A DNA stretch of 64,000 nucleotides, taken from assembly GCA_964187785.1 (NCBI GenBank), contig OZ076419.1, positions 35,712,001-35,776,000 of the forward strand, read 5' to 3'. The notes under the pieces were generated by a model. It did not search any database. It worked only from the letters and a program-made list of their open reading frames with translations, and was not told the origin of the DNA. The DNA comes from Amphiscolops sp. MND2022. Lineage: Eukaryota. Below, in pieces: positions 48,388 through 60,950 of this stretch. Made by a program: the position numbers and the translations under genes. Positions within the stretch are counted from its first letter, which is position 1. Each line of letters opens with the position of its first letter.

Positions 48388-51300
48388 AGAGGACTTCTTC
48401 AAATTGCTATTATCTAATTTTAACTGTGTTTCTTTGAAATGTAGTTGAAAAGTTTTGCGTTACAATTGCCAAATTTTGTTTTAGAGTGTGGTTTTAATTG
48501 TAGTTATCAGCCCAATTTTTGCATTGGGTTTTGCACGGATTCTAAAATACGATTCCTTTCGACATACAACCTTGCTGTAAGTGCTGTGATGTCATGATGC
48601 ATGACCACAAGTATTTTCATTTTCTGAAATCATAGCTAAACTCTATGACCCAACATCTGACAGATGTCACGATGTCACTTCGTTTAGAAGTTAACACTTC
48701 ATCATTAAGATGCTCACATCTTGTTTTAACTTCATTGCATATCTAAGCTTATCGTCTTCCCTTTGTAATGAACTGAAAGATGTTGAATCTTAGTAATCAT
48801 TGATATAATCACTGTAACTTTATAATCAGAGTAACTTGAATCTTGTAAATCGACAGTGCTCTCGTCCTGAAGAGATAGAAGAAAGAACTAAGATCTCAGA
48901 GTAAAGATAGCCAGCTCGTTAAACAATGTTGTTTAAGACTCAGAAACTTAAAACTCTAAAAAAGAATTAACATATAACAAATCACAATTCTTGACCAGCT
49001 CAAATAGTTCGACCACAAAAATTCTCTTCTCTTTTCCTCTAGTACCACAAACGCACTTCTCTAAAACATTTATTCTGAACTTTTTTATTCGCCTTTCTTT
49101 GTTCGACACACAGTTCCACCACCTCTGTTAATCATCTACTGCTCTAACTTAACCAACAACCGTATCAACTGTGTCCAAAACTGCTGTCCCTGGATCTAGT
49201 GCATGAGACATCTCGGATCAAACATCACGCGCCAACACACGCTATCGCCTTCGGTGTGATAGAATTACACGCCGTCGTTGCGGAACGTGTGGGTTACGTG
49301 ATCTGTATCCAAATTGTTCAGCACGTGATCCCCTTGGACGTATAATCCACAATAAACATCGATAATAAACCACTGCCACGATCGGTTCGGCAAGATTTCA
49401 CTGCAATTAAGAGAGATCACTGTGTTGATGCATACACATTCGACCAACCCACAGGTCGTGAAATAATTTACCCAGGTGCTCTTCGACCACAGCTCGTCGA
49501 CTACATACAATATGACCAATCGCATTTTCTACAAGCACCTATCATCTTGCCCTGTGTTGTCCAGCTACATTAGAAACAAATTCTGCAGCCCGTACGAATT
49601 TCTTGCACAGAAACAAATTCTGATACGTTAATAGCGAAGAAAGCATTGACAATATCTTCCAGTTTGCGCTGATGTTAGGCGCCGCACTAACACTCCATCA
49701 GCAACAATCAATGGACATCAGCGGCTAGGCACCTAGAAATAACCCGCTCTTCACCACGCAATCCATTGACGTCTGACGTACTCGTTAAATGTCTTCAACG
49801 CTTGAAACTTATACTAGAAAGTGATGACGCATCGGAAATTTTTTTCCATTTATCGTTCCGGAACGTCGGGTTCGCAACCTTCATGAACTTTGTTTCTGCT
49901 TAAGGGGTGATTTTGCCGACACATCTCCGTTGTTTTACACGATCGCACGTACGTCTCGATTGTCAGTTTTTCTTTGATACCCCTTACGGTCGCTCTTAAC
50001 AAATAGATCTATTTTGTTAGGCTTCGGGCAATAAATTCGATTTACTAAGTTCGAATGTGAACTAGTGGAATAAGTTCGAATAGGAATAGTTTCGAGACAC
50101 CAAGTTCGAATTTTCACATCGGGCAAATCCGGTGTGTCTAGAATAAAATATTATCTTTCGTAAATGTCTCAGAAAATTTTTAATACTTTTCCTTTCTAAT
50201 GTGGGGCAAATCCGGTGTATGCACGCTCGCCCTCGCCGTCACAAAGACCAGCTCCCACTACGATCGCTTCGCGATCTCCATTCCCGCTGGGTCTTTGCTC
50301 CTGTTCGACCTCGCTTAGTCAGATGGGAACATAAGCGGACCCAAGGGGCCGCGGGGCACTAGATGAATTGGGGAAATATCAGAGGTACGTTTTATACTTA
50401 CGGCGGTTTGTTCAAAATTCGAACACAGTGATTCGAACTTGTTCCGGTTTTTGGAAAATTCGAACTTAGTCCATTCGAAATTAAAATTCGAACTTATGCG
50501 TTCAAACTTATTACCGTGCCCTTTTTGTTACAGTTGTTTACTCCTCTGTTTTGTTATCACTGAAGATAACACTGTTGCTAATACAATGTTTGCCCACACT
50601 ACTACCCTACAACTACCTCATGAATCTTTTCAGCGAAAACTTCGCTGTAACATACATGAACACCAGCTATGATCAACAAAGGTCGTCCACAGATTCTCAC
50701 GGTATGGGGCAGCGGATTTATCATACCACCATTGCGATGCATCTGCCGCAAAAGTGGAACTTATCATAAAGTGTAAAGTGTCTTTTCCGTGAAACGAGAG
50801 CGAACACTTTTCTAGTCAAAGAGTGCATCGTGTTCATTGCGGATTCTGATGCACAGTGTAATCAGAAATTGCGGGTTGTGACCACTGAGCGTAATAAGAG
50901 AAATGTTGAAACCAGTCTAGAAACTTCAACCTAAAATCCGTAACGTGAATTAAGTGTAAATTAGTCAATCCTTTACTAGAATTCGGTTTTTGAGTACTTT
51001 AAAAAACCATTCATTGAAAACGGGGAAACAAATCAAAGTTTGATTACTTTGTACCAAACAAATGATACATCCTATTGCATTCTTTTTTCAAAAAAACGGT
51101 TCAAATTGTAATTGCAGTCGGTAATAAGTTTAGCTGTTTTACACTATTCGATTTGCTTGGTTCACACTAATTTGTCTCGTTTTAATAATTACGTTTGACT
51201 GCTTTACACCAATAGAATTGTTTTTCAATATACACCAAAGAATTATATTTGCAGACATTAATGATTATGTATACATATCACGTAGAAATAATGTAGTTAG

Positions 51301-51479
51301 TTTGTATACGTATTTTATATACATAAACGCCTTTTATATATATTTTTTGTGTAATGATGGAGATTATATTATGCTTCGGTGTATGATGGAAATTAGTATT
51401 TATAATACGACAAAGATAACTGTGGAAAATGTTTTGACAAATTCAATAGACTGCGTTGAGATTCAGTTTATACATAATT

Positions 51480-51950
51480 AAAGTTTCTGAGAATTGTCAG
51501 GGAACGCCAAAACATCGGTGCCTGCGTTCTTGTTTGATGTCTTTGAATTCGCAGTTATTTCGGGGATACCAATTTTAACAGTCTTCTTCCGGTGCTACGT
51601 TTTCTTCTTGTTTTGCCCAGAAGAAATCTCCACGGCTGTGGTAGGTTTTCTGTTTGGGCAGGTATTACTCTTCCCGATAAAGTAAACTTCCCGCAGGTAA
51701 ATTATATATCGGGGCCTGCATTAACCTCTCTTTTGGTAATAGTCTCTATTGCTGATGGCCCGGTTCCCCAGAGAAATCTTGCTTTATTTCAGTATCTTTC
51801 TCCGTCCATCTGTTGTTTGATGGTATTGCTTTTCCTGATGAAGCCAGCTTGATGTCAATGTTGTAGTTCCGTTTAAAGTAGTGTCGCAGTCGTTCGGTCC
51901 ATATTTATGGGTGTATTGTTTTTAAGTCAATTCCGGTGTCATCGAGGTAA
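51480..51950 (-). pseudogene. gag: Isolated retrotransposon gag fragment
   Basis: WTERLRHYFKRNYNIDIK...QDF.WGTGPSAIETITK...YHSRGDFFWAKQEEN with frameshifts; gag-like by eye. Confidence 0.5.
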
Positions 51951-53149
51951 GTTAATAATAGTATGTTGTTCGTAGTGGTTGTCATTGTTTATTTTGTCAG
52001 TTGAAATAAACGTTACACGGTAAGAATAAGTCTTGCTACTACGGTATGTTCTATTCGTGGGTTCTACGGTTAAAACAAATTTTTCTTCTAGGAGTTAAAT
52101 GAATCTTTCTCTGCACAAACAATACTTCATTATCAATCATCATACTGGATACCTTTTGAGGCAACATAAATTGACAACGCTTAGAGTTTTTTGGCAAACA
52201 AGACCAATTCTCTCTGTCTCGACCCGTATACTACGGTGTGTATGAAGGTCACGGTAATAGTATGTCACACTTGGAATAAAAGGGTGACATGCATCAGCCA
52301 GAAAAATGAGACATAGCTTCCGTTGAGGGTTCAATTGATGGAGACAGTTAATTTATTCTCGTTCAATTCATTCTAAACTTGCTTTAACCTTAGGTTCAGT
52401 ATTTGGAATTGTTTATCATTTATTATGACGAAGATTTTGTTCCAGATTTACTATCTGTGATGAACAAGTGTATTGTGAAGTAACTCGTTTTTAACGATAG
52501 TCACAAGTAAATGAATGTTTAACTTTTTTGAACCACTTGTATTCCAATTTTGCTACCTTTGATGAGCATGCATATGCGTTTTGCAGTAGTCCTTTTTTTA
52601 CGTCACTCATAAGAAACTGAGTTTACCGTTTATTTTGTTGAGCAACAATGATCGTTTTAGACACTCGCAGTCGGACAATCAGCAGTACCACCAGACAGTT
52701 TTTAAAACGTGTAATGTTTTAAATTGTACTACTGGTAAATAGTAGAATATGTATAACGTATGATTAGATGTTGAGGTATATGCAGAGGAATAATGAATAC
52801 ATACGCTGTCATTTGACTGCGATTATTTTATAAATCTCATAAGTGTATGTTAGAAAACATACAAAAAGCGTTTATAATACAATAATGATAACTGTTGAAA
52901 TATTTGCTTGGATGAAAGACTGGGTTGGATTTCACATTTAAGAGAAAATAATAGATGGTTCCGAGTGGAAAACTGTCAAAGTTATCACTAATTTACTCCA
53001 TTTGATTGTTTTTTACCTTGAAAGTGATTACTAGTCAAAATGTGTCGCAGGTGTGTCAACTTACGCAATTTTAGAGCGTGTATAGTAGTCATTTACTGTA
53101 TTTTTGATCACTACGCGCAACGACAAATCACACAGTGTAACAAGCAACA

Positions 53150-55800
53150 AACGTGCAACTTCGTCGCGGCATGTGTATCGTTATTACAAGGCTACAACGG
53201 ATTCCACAAGCAGCACTAATTGAGAATCGACTGAAGATTGGCATCTCGCCTTCGAACACTGCCGGTATTGCTGCGATGAAGGCCCAGATGAGATCTCAAA
53301 TGCAAGCTCCACTTGTCACTGCTACGCTGACCTATCTTCCCCGGAGTCCAACGGTCAATGGCTTTTCAAAACGGTGTGTGGTCAAGTCACAACCTGTCCC
53401 ATCAACATCATGATAACAGAGCTCCAATTTCTAATAGCCCCACCAACTGATGAGTACAACAAAATCAATCGCTCGAACTGCTCAGTAATCGTAATGTGCC
53501 AGCAGCAACAATGCACCTCTTCATTCTGGCATTGCCTAAAACGTCTGATCGCCCCATCCCAGAACAGGCGGTGATGTCTGCCCTTCAGACTGTGATAGCC
53601 AATCCAACCTATTCTGATTTTTGGCATACGATAATGCAACATTGGCCGGGCTTACGTACTCTAATTATTCCCAATGTTAACCCGCCAACGGGTCAGCCCG
53701 GGAAGCCGCAGTATCAGGTCCCTGGACGCAGCTGTTCACCATCAACATCATCCACCACACTCAGCAAGGAGGGGAAGTGGAACGAAGACCACAGTCACGA
53801 AAATGAAATGAAACACAATCCTCTACTAGCTCATACTTGCAAGAAGTCAAAAACAGCCCATCCAGCGAACGTTCCCTTGTCAAGAAACCAATAAATCAAG
53901 CTTCCACCAGCCAACAATCTACCTCAAAAAACGGTGCTAGGACGCAAACCAAATGAACTGAACTTAGTGGAGTGAGAAGCATCCGTGCTTCCGCCACCAT
54001 CATCTCAGCAACAATCACAACCTAATGTGGACGATAAGGGCGTTCCTTAACCCCAGAAGACCCTGGAAGAAACTCTAAGGCCCTGACGATGTTCAAATCA
54101 GGAATAGTGGTCCGACTGTTACGCCCCGCTGCGAACAGGCTATCCAAAATCCGGGAATAAAATCAATTTCCAAACAACTGCCAAAGACACTAAAGAGGCA
54201 CTGTCAACCAAAGATGCAAAAAGAATCTGCGAAGCACCTTTTATTGTCTCTCCCGAGGGTCTATATCAGAAGAACCTTCGTTCACATAGTAACGAGTAGT
54301 ACGCAGCAACAAAAAAAGGTCAGTGTCTTCTTTATGAGCAGACCACTGCGACCCAATAGTCGTCTGCAAGCTGAGCCTGCGTGGCTGAGTAGAGCGGCAA
54401 ACCTCCAAGAGTGGAAGATAACTACCTGGACGCATTGACTACAGACTTGCTAGAACAGTTCGCGGAAAGACATAGACTGGAAGCGCGTGAAACTTTTACT
54501 ATAAATAGAAGGTACGCTAGGGACATAGAAGAGCACTTACCCATGCCAAAGGAGAAGCTTCAGCGTGTGCTACTTCCTGAACATCGACTCGATTTTCTTG
54601 AAAACGTGGCAATTGAATTGACAAGGTCTTTTAAGACGTCGTGGTCCTAACCCTGCGATTATCCAGAATATCTGAGATTGTAGAAGTAATGGTGGTAATG
54701 TTTGACCCTAAGATGACGGGAGCGTACAGATACCTCCCTCTTGTCGAACTGTAGTTGGCAGTTTTCGATCATCACTCCTGCGAAAACCTGATGACGCAAC
54801 TGTCGGCTATTGTATTGAAAGAATCAACCCCAGAACTACGTGCTGGAGTAATCAACGCAGCAACCAACATGGCTACGGCCATGGAGAAAAAGCACAACCA
54901 ATACTCATGGACAAAATCCAGACTCCAATATTGTTTGTAACTCCGCCCGGCTTCAACCAAATGCACGCAGATTTGCAAGGTTTCGTGTACGGCTTGGTCG
55001 CCAGATACCTCAATCTGTTGAGAAGACTGGAAATGCAGAGCCAACGCTTGATGATGCGAATGTTTTGATACTGGAACACGAATGAGTTCACCAAGGTTCA
55101 GTGCTGAAGGTGAGCGCAGACCTCAGTGCAACTGCCAGCGGAATGTGACACCGTGCGAATGCACAATTGGATGCAGCGTACGCGCTCCAACCGGGAGACA
55201 AACTCTATCAAGACGGAGTTGTTGGAGGTCTCCGTCTAAGTGGGAAAAGTGCCAAACGTTCCCGAGGTAGAAAAATCAGTCCCGAGGGTGCAATATGTCC
55301 CAAGACGTCGGTATAACCAAACTTGCATTGGACAGGAAGTACCTTGCAGCAAAACCTGGCCAACCAAACCTAGGACGAAATCGAAGCATGTAATAGCACC
55401 TATGACAGCTGCTGTCAAAAAGTGAGAGCCAAAACAGTGTTTTATGTAGCTCACGAGCTAGAACTGATAGTGAACAAATTCGCACTATGCCTGGGCCACA
55501 AATGGTGCCAAGATGTAATTGGAGTCGACTTTGGTTTAGGATAATGCCCGTTGATCGAAATCAGTGATGTCATTGCAATGATGAGCGTCAATGAGGTAAT
55601 TGCTTTGATGCTGGCCTTCGGTCAACAAAGGTTTGCTGCAGGACCCGTGAAGATAGTAGCAGAAATGACCACCGAATGTAAATGAAACCTGGAACAGACC
55701 TTTTCTCTTATTTGGTTCTTGCAAGTGGAGACATGCAAGGCCTGACTGCCTTTGCTCAATTTCTGAAGAAAAAAATGCCTAAGGGTCATCCGACCAACTA
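53150..55800 (+). pseudogene. Large decayed ORF of unknown function
   Basis: Protein-like pieces chain across frameshifts: PINIMITELQFLIAPP, LFILALPK...YSDFWHTIMQHWPGL, MEDNYLDAL..., DVVVLTL...VFDHH, TPILFVTPPGF..LQGFVY, LIVNKFALCLGH..SVNEVIALMLAFG. Confidence 0.5.
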
Positions 55801-56118
55801 GTAGCCATTAAAAAAATCGCTCTGGCACCGCATGTGCTACAGCTTTGTCTTTTCCGCTGGAATATTCGTTAGTACTGACAGTACACAGCTCTTGTATGAC
55901 GGCTGACAACTCATTTAAGAAGTCACTGGATTCCTGCCCTAAATCAACCCGCCGACTTCAACCTATCAGACGTAGAGGATCTAGTTCCAGTGTTAGCACC
56001 CTTGCTGACGCCAATTCATGGTGCCTTCGGCATCTTTAATTACCGACTAAACCGCTGCCCCTGGCTTCTGAAACCCTGAGCTCAGTCATACCGACCGCCT
56101 TCGAGAACAAGAAGCCAC

Positions 56119-58015
56119 TTGACTATTAACAAGTGTTCCTGCAGGTACCACAAAGGTAAAATACAATCAAATCCGAGTTGCTGCAAGACGCAAGACGTGA
56201 ATTTGATGGGTATTCTGAAGGCGAGAACGAAAAGATCCGAGAGTACGGATCCGTCAACTGGTACGTTTCGCCAATTGACAGGGACGGAAATCCCGTCAGA
56301 TACAACTGGAGCTTGACTGCCATACAATTATATGCAACTGAGAACTTACGAGCTCAGAGCGGCCGCACCAACAGAGATTTTGTTTTCAAAATGAAAAAAT
56401 TCCCAACATTTCGTTGCCGACGTTGGCGAGGAGCGATTGGAACCCAAAGAGCAAAGCGAATCAGCTTTGTTGATCGCGCATTTCAAGGAAAATTTTGCTA
56501 CTGCAATCACTACAAACTCAACCTATGGATGTCACGCGCTCTAGAAGATAGAAAGGGCCGCCTAAGAGAAATGTTGATCCCGGCGAAAACACTCCAATCT
56601 GAAACTCTGAAGCGCGAGTGACAATGGGAAGCCACATGCCAGCAGAAACACGCTTCAACATCATTGATCTGTTGAGCAACCCCTTAGCACCAAAATGGGA
56701 ATAATCGCGCAACACAAGCGAGCGGAAAAACTGAGACAGCTGGTCCACAGCCTGTGGGCTACCTAGTTTAGCTCATGATAGGCAAATTCAACCGGCATTG
56801 TATGATTTTGCATAAAATGCTGTAACCATCTGGCTTCAACGGAGCGCGAATCGAAAGAAAATTGCAGAATAAACCCGTGAAGATTCAAATATCAAAACTA
56901 CTAATGACGACGAGACGGACTTTGTTCAAACTGGCGCTTTTCCTATCAAATTGCTACATATAGTGACAATCGCCTAAATGCCCTAAATGCGTCAGTTCGC
57001 TAATGCAAGCATACAGTGCTTGTTCTTCCCTACTAATTCTTGCCATATGATGTTAACCGTATGCCGTATGCTGTATGTTATCATTTTCGCGTTGTATTAG
57101 CACGTGAGCTACTTTTTCATAATGTCTTGTACCCAGAAGAAATTCACATTTAACACCATCTCACCTTTACTCTTGAAAGGCTGTCGAAGAAATTAAAGAC
57201 TGGATCAGGCCGGCGAGTACTCCAGAGAAGCTGAATTCTCCTCTGATAGGGCCGTTTTTGCCCTCAGGAACGGTAGCAGCTTTTATATACCATATCTTGA
57301 TTTGATGATACTGCACCAACCATTGGCAGACATCTTACTCATTGTTCCCTCCAACACCCTTTTCTGCCCCCTCTTTCTACCACAACCTCCGGCGAATGTT
57401 TAACTCCAGAACAAGCCTAACGCCAAAGAGAATAACACCAGCTGAATATCATTTCTCAGTTAGCCGACGGAGACTCAAGGAGTTTATAATGTCACAGGAG
57501 GTTTCTTCGATGAGCGGTACTTTTCATTACGTTTCCAACATTCATATTTGTCTCTATTCCTAAAGTTTTTCACTGCAACTGTTCTGTCTGATTCGACTGT
57601 CAATTGGTTAGCGGATACTAAATCATTATTTTGCAGCCCTTAATAAACTGGCTTTGCTCCAGAATTGTACATCCAATTGAAATGTTCTATCTTTCCAGAT
57701 GAAACTCTTCCTGGAGTAATCAAGATGATAGAAACACGCGATTTTATCCACAGCAAATACCTTGACGGATTTCCGCCACTCCAATATATTTTGCCTATGG
57801 ACTTTTGGCAAGGTGATTTCACTCTTGATCGAGACTGGTCTACCCACTACTTGGAATGTTTAATGACTTACGACCATCTGACGTATGAACTGGGCAACAA
57901 ACGCTTACACTATGTTAAGCTTCTCTCTTCTGGATGGTTCCCTTTTGGTGAGAACCTTTTTCTAACATGTAATTTTTATAGTTTGCAATCAAAAAGCCAA
58001 AGAGAAGAAATTTGA
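56119..58015 (+). pseudogene. Additional decayed ORFs of unknown function (147-aa, 116-aa and fragments)
   Basis: ORFs 56178-56621 and 57665-58015 with ordinary globular composition; same strand as 53150-55800. Confidence 0.35.
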
Positions 58016-58369
58016 ATTGTGCTGTGACTGTAGCAGGATCCGATGTTTCATTCACCCCTAGAACTGTTCTGATTGTGTTGGTCGCCTTAGTGTAAAGAAA
58101 AAAATAAAACTTTCAGTATTCTTTAGGTATACAAAAAACTCGGCGGTCGTTGGAATATTCAGACAAAGACCTTCTTTGCATTGACTAGAAAGTACTTCGA
58201 AAGACTTCGTTAGTTCTAGTCAAAGAACTACCGTCTAAGAGCGAAGATCTCTTCTGACGTATACATATCAAAAAGGACATCATGATTAACAAGATGTTAC
58301 ACTTTGATCGTTAGTCTAGGGCTACGTCAAATCTGGTACCTCTAGATCTGGTATCGATATGTACATAGA

Positions 58370-58760
58370 TATTTAATGTATCATCCGACCGGGTTTAGAA
58401 AAGAAATCCATTTGTTAGAGTCGGTGAATAGTCATCAGAAGATACATGATAAAATCCGAGTTGGTTTTTTTGAAAAAATGAAAATTGGTCCCAAATAAAA
58501 ATTAATTTCCAAGAAGTGGGTCCTTGAATCAGATGAGTTCTTCATATAATAGTTGTTGCTTGAGTATATTTTTTTGAACTTTTCGTACTTCGTGGGTTTT
58601 TGGATTGACAAGAGTTTTGGGAATGTGAGATTTTTCCCAAAACTCGGAGAGAAGTTTCAAGACTTTCTGCAAACTCTTCTGAAGACGGGTTTCATCTAGT
58701 TATAGTTACGGTCTGTTATAAGCGAGAGTGTTTTGTTATGAAAAGAGCCACTCTAAGGCA
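58370..58760 (-). pseudogene. Possible very decayed Gypsy integrase C-terminal remnant
   Basis: SEEFAESL ~ TTEFAEEL and VQKNILKQ..LYEE ~ AKHNNMQSYLKYKE of element A; weak. Confidence 0.25.
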
Positions 58761-59239
58761 TAGACATGAGGCAAAAAAGATACAAATTATTAGGTGCAGA
58801 GTTTAGAGGAGAAAAGAGACAAACAAACGATTTACAAAGTTTAACATTGAAATAATGAATAATAAGCATATTTAGAGGTGGAAAATTGATTTATAGAACG
58901 TTGATAAAAACATATTGTAATAGGTGATTCTAAAATTTGAGGCGTTCGAACCGTCGGCCTGTCCCTGGCATGAAAACTTTTTTGGAATATCAGCAAAGGA
59001 ATTTTTTCTCAGCCGGGTTGAAAACTGAAAAACTTCAACTTCCTAAACGCACTCAATTTTCTTACAAAGTCAATTTGCCGATCTAATATGGTTAAATAAC
59101 ATCTCAGGTGCATCCACCAAAAGAGTAAACAGTAAAGACTCAAATATTTTTTGTATAAAAATGAACTTAAGATAAATAATATTGACTTCAAATATTCAAA
59201 CATTCACAAACAGAGATGCGAAAAAACTCCAGACTGAGT

Positions 59240-60950
59240 TAGAATGTCAAACTCTCGGATTCTCGAAATGACACGTTTTTACCCTTCCAAGGCGGTAAAC
59301 ACCCGCTTCTCCCGATCGTCAAACATCCACACAAGATCATTTTCTTTCAAGTGGGGACGTTCTTTTGACCATTTCTGGCGGAAATTATGCCCCGGGAGGT
59401 ATCTTTTCAAATATCCTGACCAGATTTTGTCGATGTGAGCCTGAGACAAACAGAGCATTTTCCTGTGAATTTGATACTTTTGCGCATTTGGCAAATAAGT
59501 CATCGCGATACTCGGCCGTCCCAAAAGGAGATGGTTGGGTGTTGGCCCTTCCATGTCTGTCGGGTAATTAGACATAGATGTGAGAGGGCGTGCACTTAAA
59601 AGTTGCTCCGTAAGGTGAACAATTGTAGCAAGAAACACCTCTGTAAGTTGTTGTCTCTTCAGGACAAGAAACATGGCTAGTTTGCAAGTCTTCGCAATGC
59701 ACTTCCAAGATCCACCAAAATTTACTGATCTTCCACAGAATCTTCCTTTGTCAACGGTCATCTTGGAAATTACTAGTTTGCGTGAGTGGTGCAAAACGAT
59801 TGACCTCGTTGTTCGCACCAACAATGATTGTTCCATTATCGCTTTTAATTGTCAGTGGGTGACATCGTTTGGCAATGAATAATACTATTGCACTCAAGCA
59901 ATTATCTGTATCTAGCGAATAAACCACATCGAAGTCAATAGTTATCGTTGATAAGTAGGTGAAAACAAAAGCTCATCTTTCCAAAGATTTCAACATTACT
60001 CCACCTCTGAGGGTCCATTAATTACATTCAACTACAAAATATGGGAAAATCACTTACTTCACTCTTTTGCGTGCTTAATCGTCCATACGTGGAAGATTTA
60101 GAATTTCGCACAGTATTTTCTGCAATGAATAATACTATTGCACTCAAGCAATTATCGGTATCTAGCGAATAAACCACATCGAAGTCAATAGTTCTCGTTG
60201 ATAAGTAGGTGAAAACAAAAGCTCATCTTTCCAAAGATTTCAACAGGTACTCCACCTCTGAGGGTCCATAAATTACATTCAACTACAAAATATGGGAAAA
60301 TCACTTACTTCACTCTTTTGCGTGCTCATTCGTCCATACGTGGAAGATTTAGAATTTCGCACAGTATTTTCTGCAAGGAACGCAGCGACTTGCAATGCTC
60401 CGCAACGCATTTCTGAGGCCCAAAATCTAGAACTTTTGTTGTAATTCATGCCACATACTATCAACACCATGATAGTAGTTTGGTGGGACAGTAGGATGTT
60501 TCGTATCGAACTCGAAATCAGCTATGAATATTCGCCCACGAGCTCGCATATAACCATTGTCATCAATATATGGGAAAAGTTGAGAAATGTTTGATTTTGA
60601 AACGTCTTTTCCTTCCATTCCCTCTTTTCCGTCAAACCTCCATGTTCCCCATGTTCCGTCGCAAACGCTTGAATTGTACAAAGAATTTTATAGTTGTATT
60701 GATACGTAATCGTTCTATCATTTTGCACACACAGTCCAGTCTTCGCAAAGATCTTGAAACAATTTAGGCCAGATTCTCAACGCAAAGTTTTTCCGTTCAA
60801 AGTTTCTTTCATCCCACGTATCATCTTCGCACTCACAATTTGCAGTCCTAGTTCAGAAAGGTCGAAACCTTGTAGCATTCGAAACCTTCCTGTTGGCCAG
60901 CAAAAATAGGAACAGTATTAATTTTTCTGGAAAGGAAACGTTATATATTG
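59240..60950 (-). mobile_element. BEL/Pao pol fragment (pre-integrase and integrase C-terminal regions)
   Basis: LFPYIDDNGYMRARGR..KHP; C..C; TPNHLLLGRP...W..YL...RQKW...LKENDLVW. Confidence 0.8.
59872..60375 (+). repeat. 250-bp tandem duplication within the BEL/Pao fragment
   Basis: GCAATGAATAATACTATTG at 59872 and 60122; GCAA microhomology at the junction. Confidence 0.9.

Noticed and set aside
49930-50520. TTCGAA-rich insertion as a defined MITE
   Set aside because: Repeats visible but termini and TSD not resolvable.
53150-58015. Polinton/Maverick or endogenous virus assignment
   Set aside because: No pPolB, packaging ATPase, capsid, RdRp or Rep motifs recognised.
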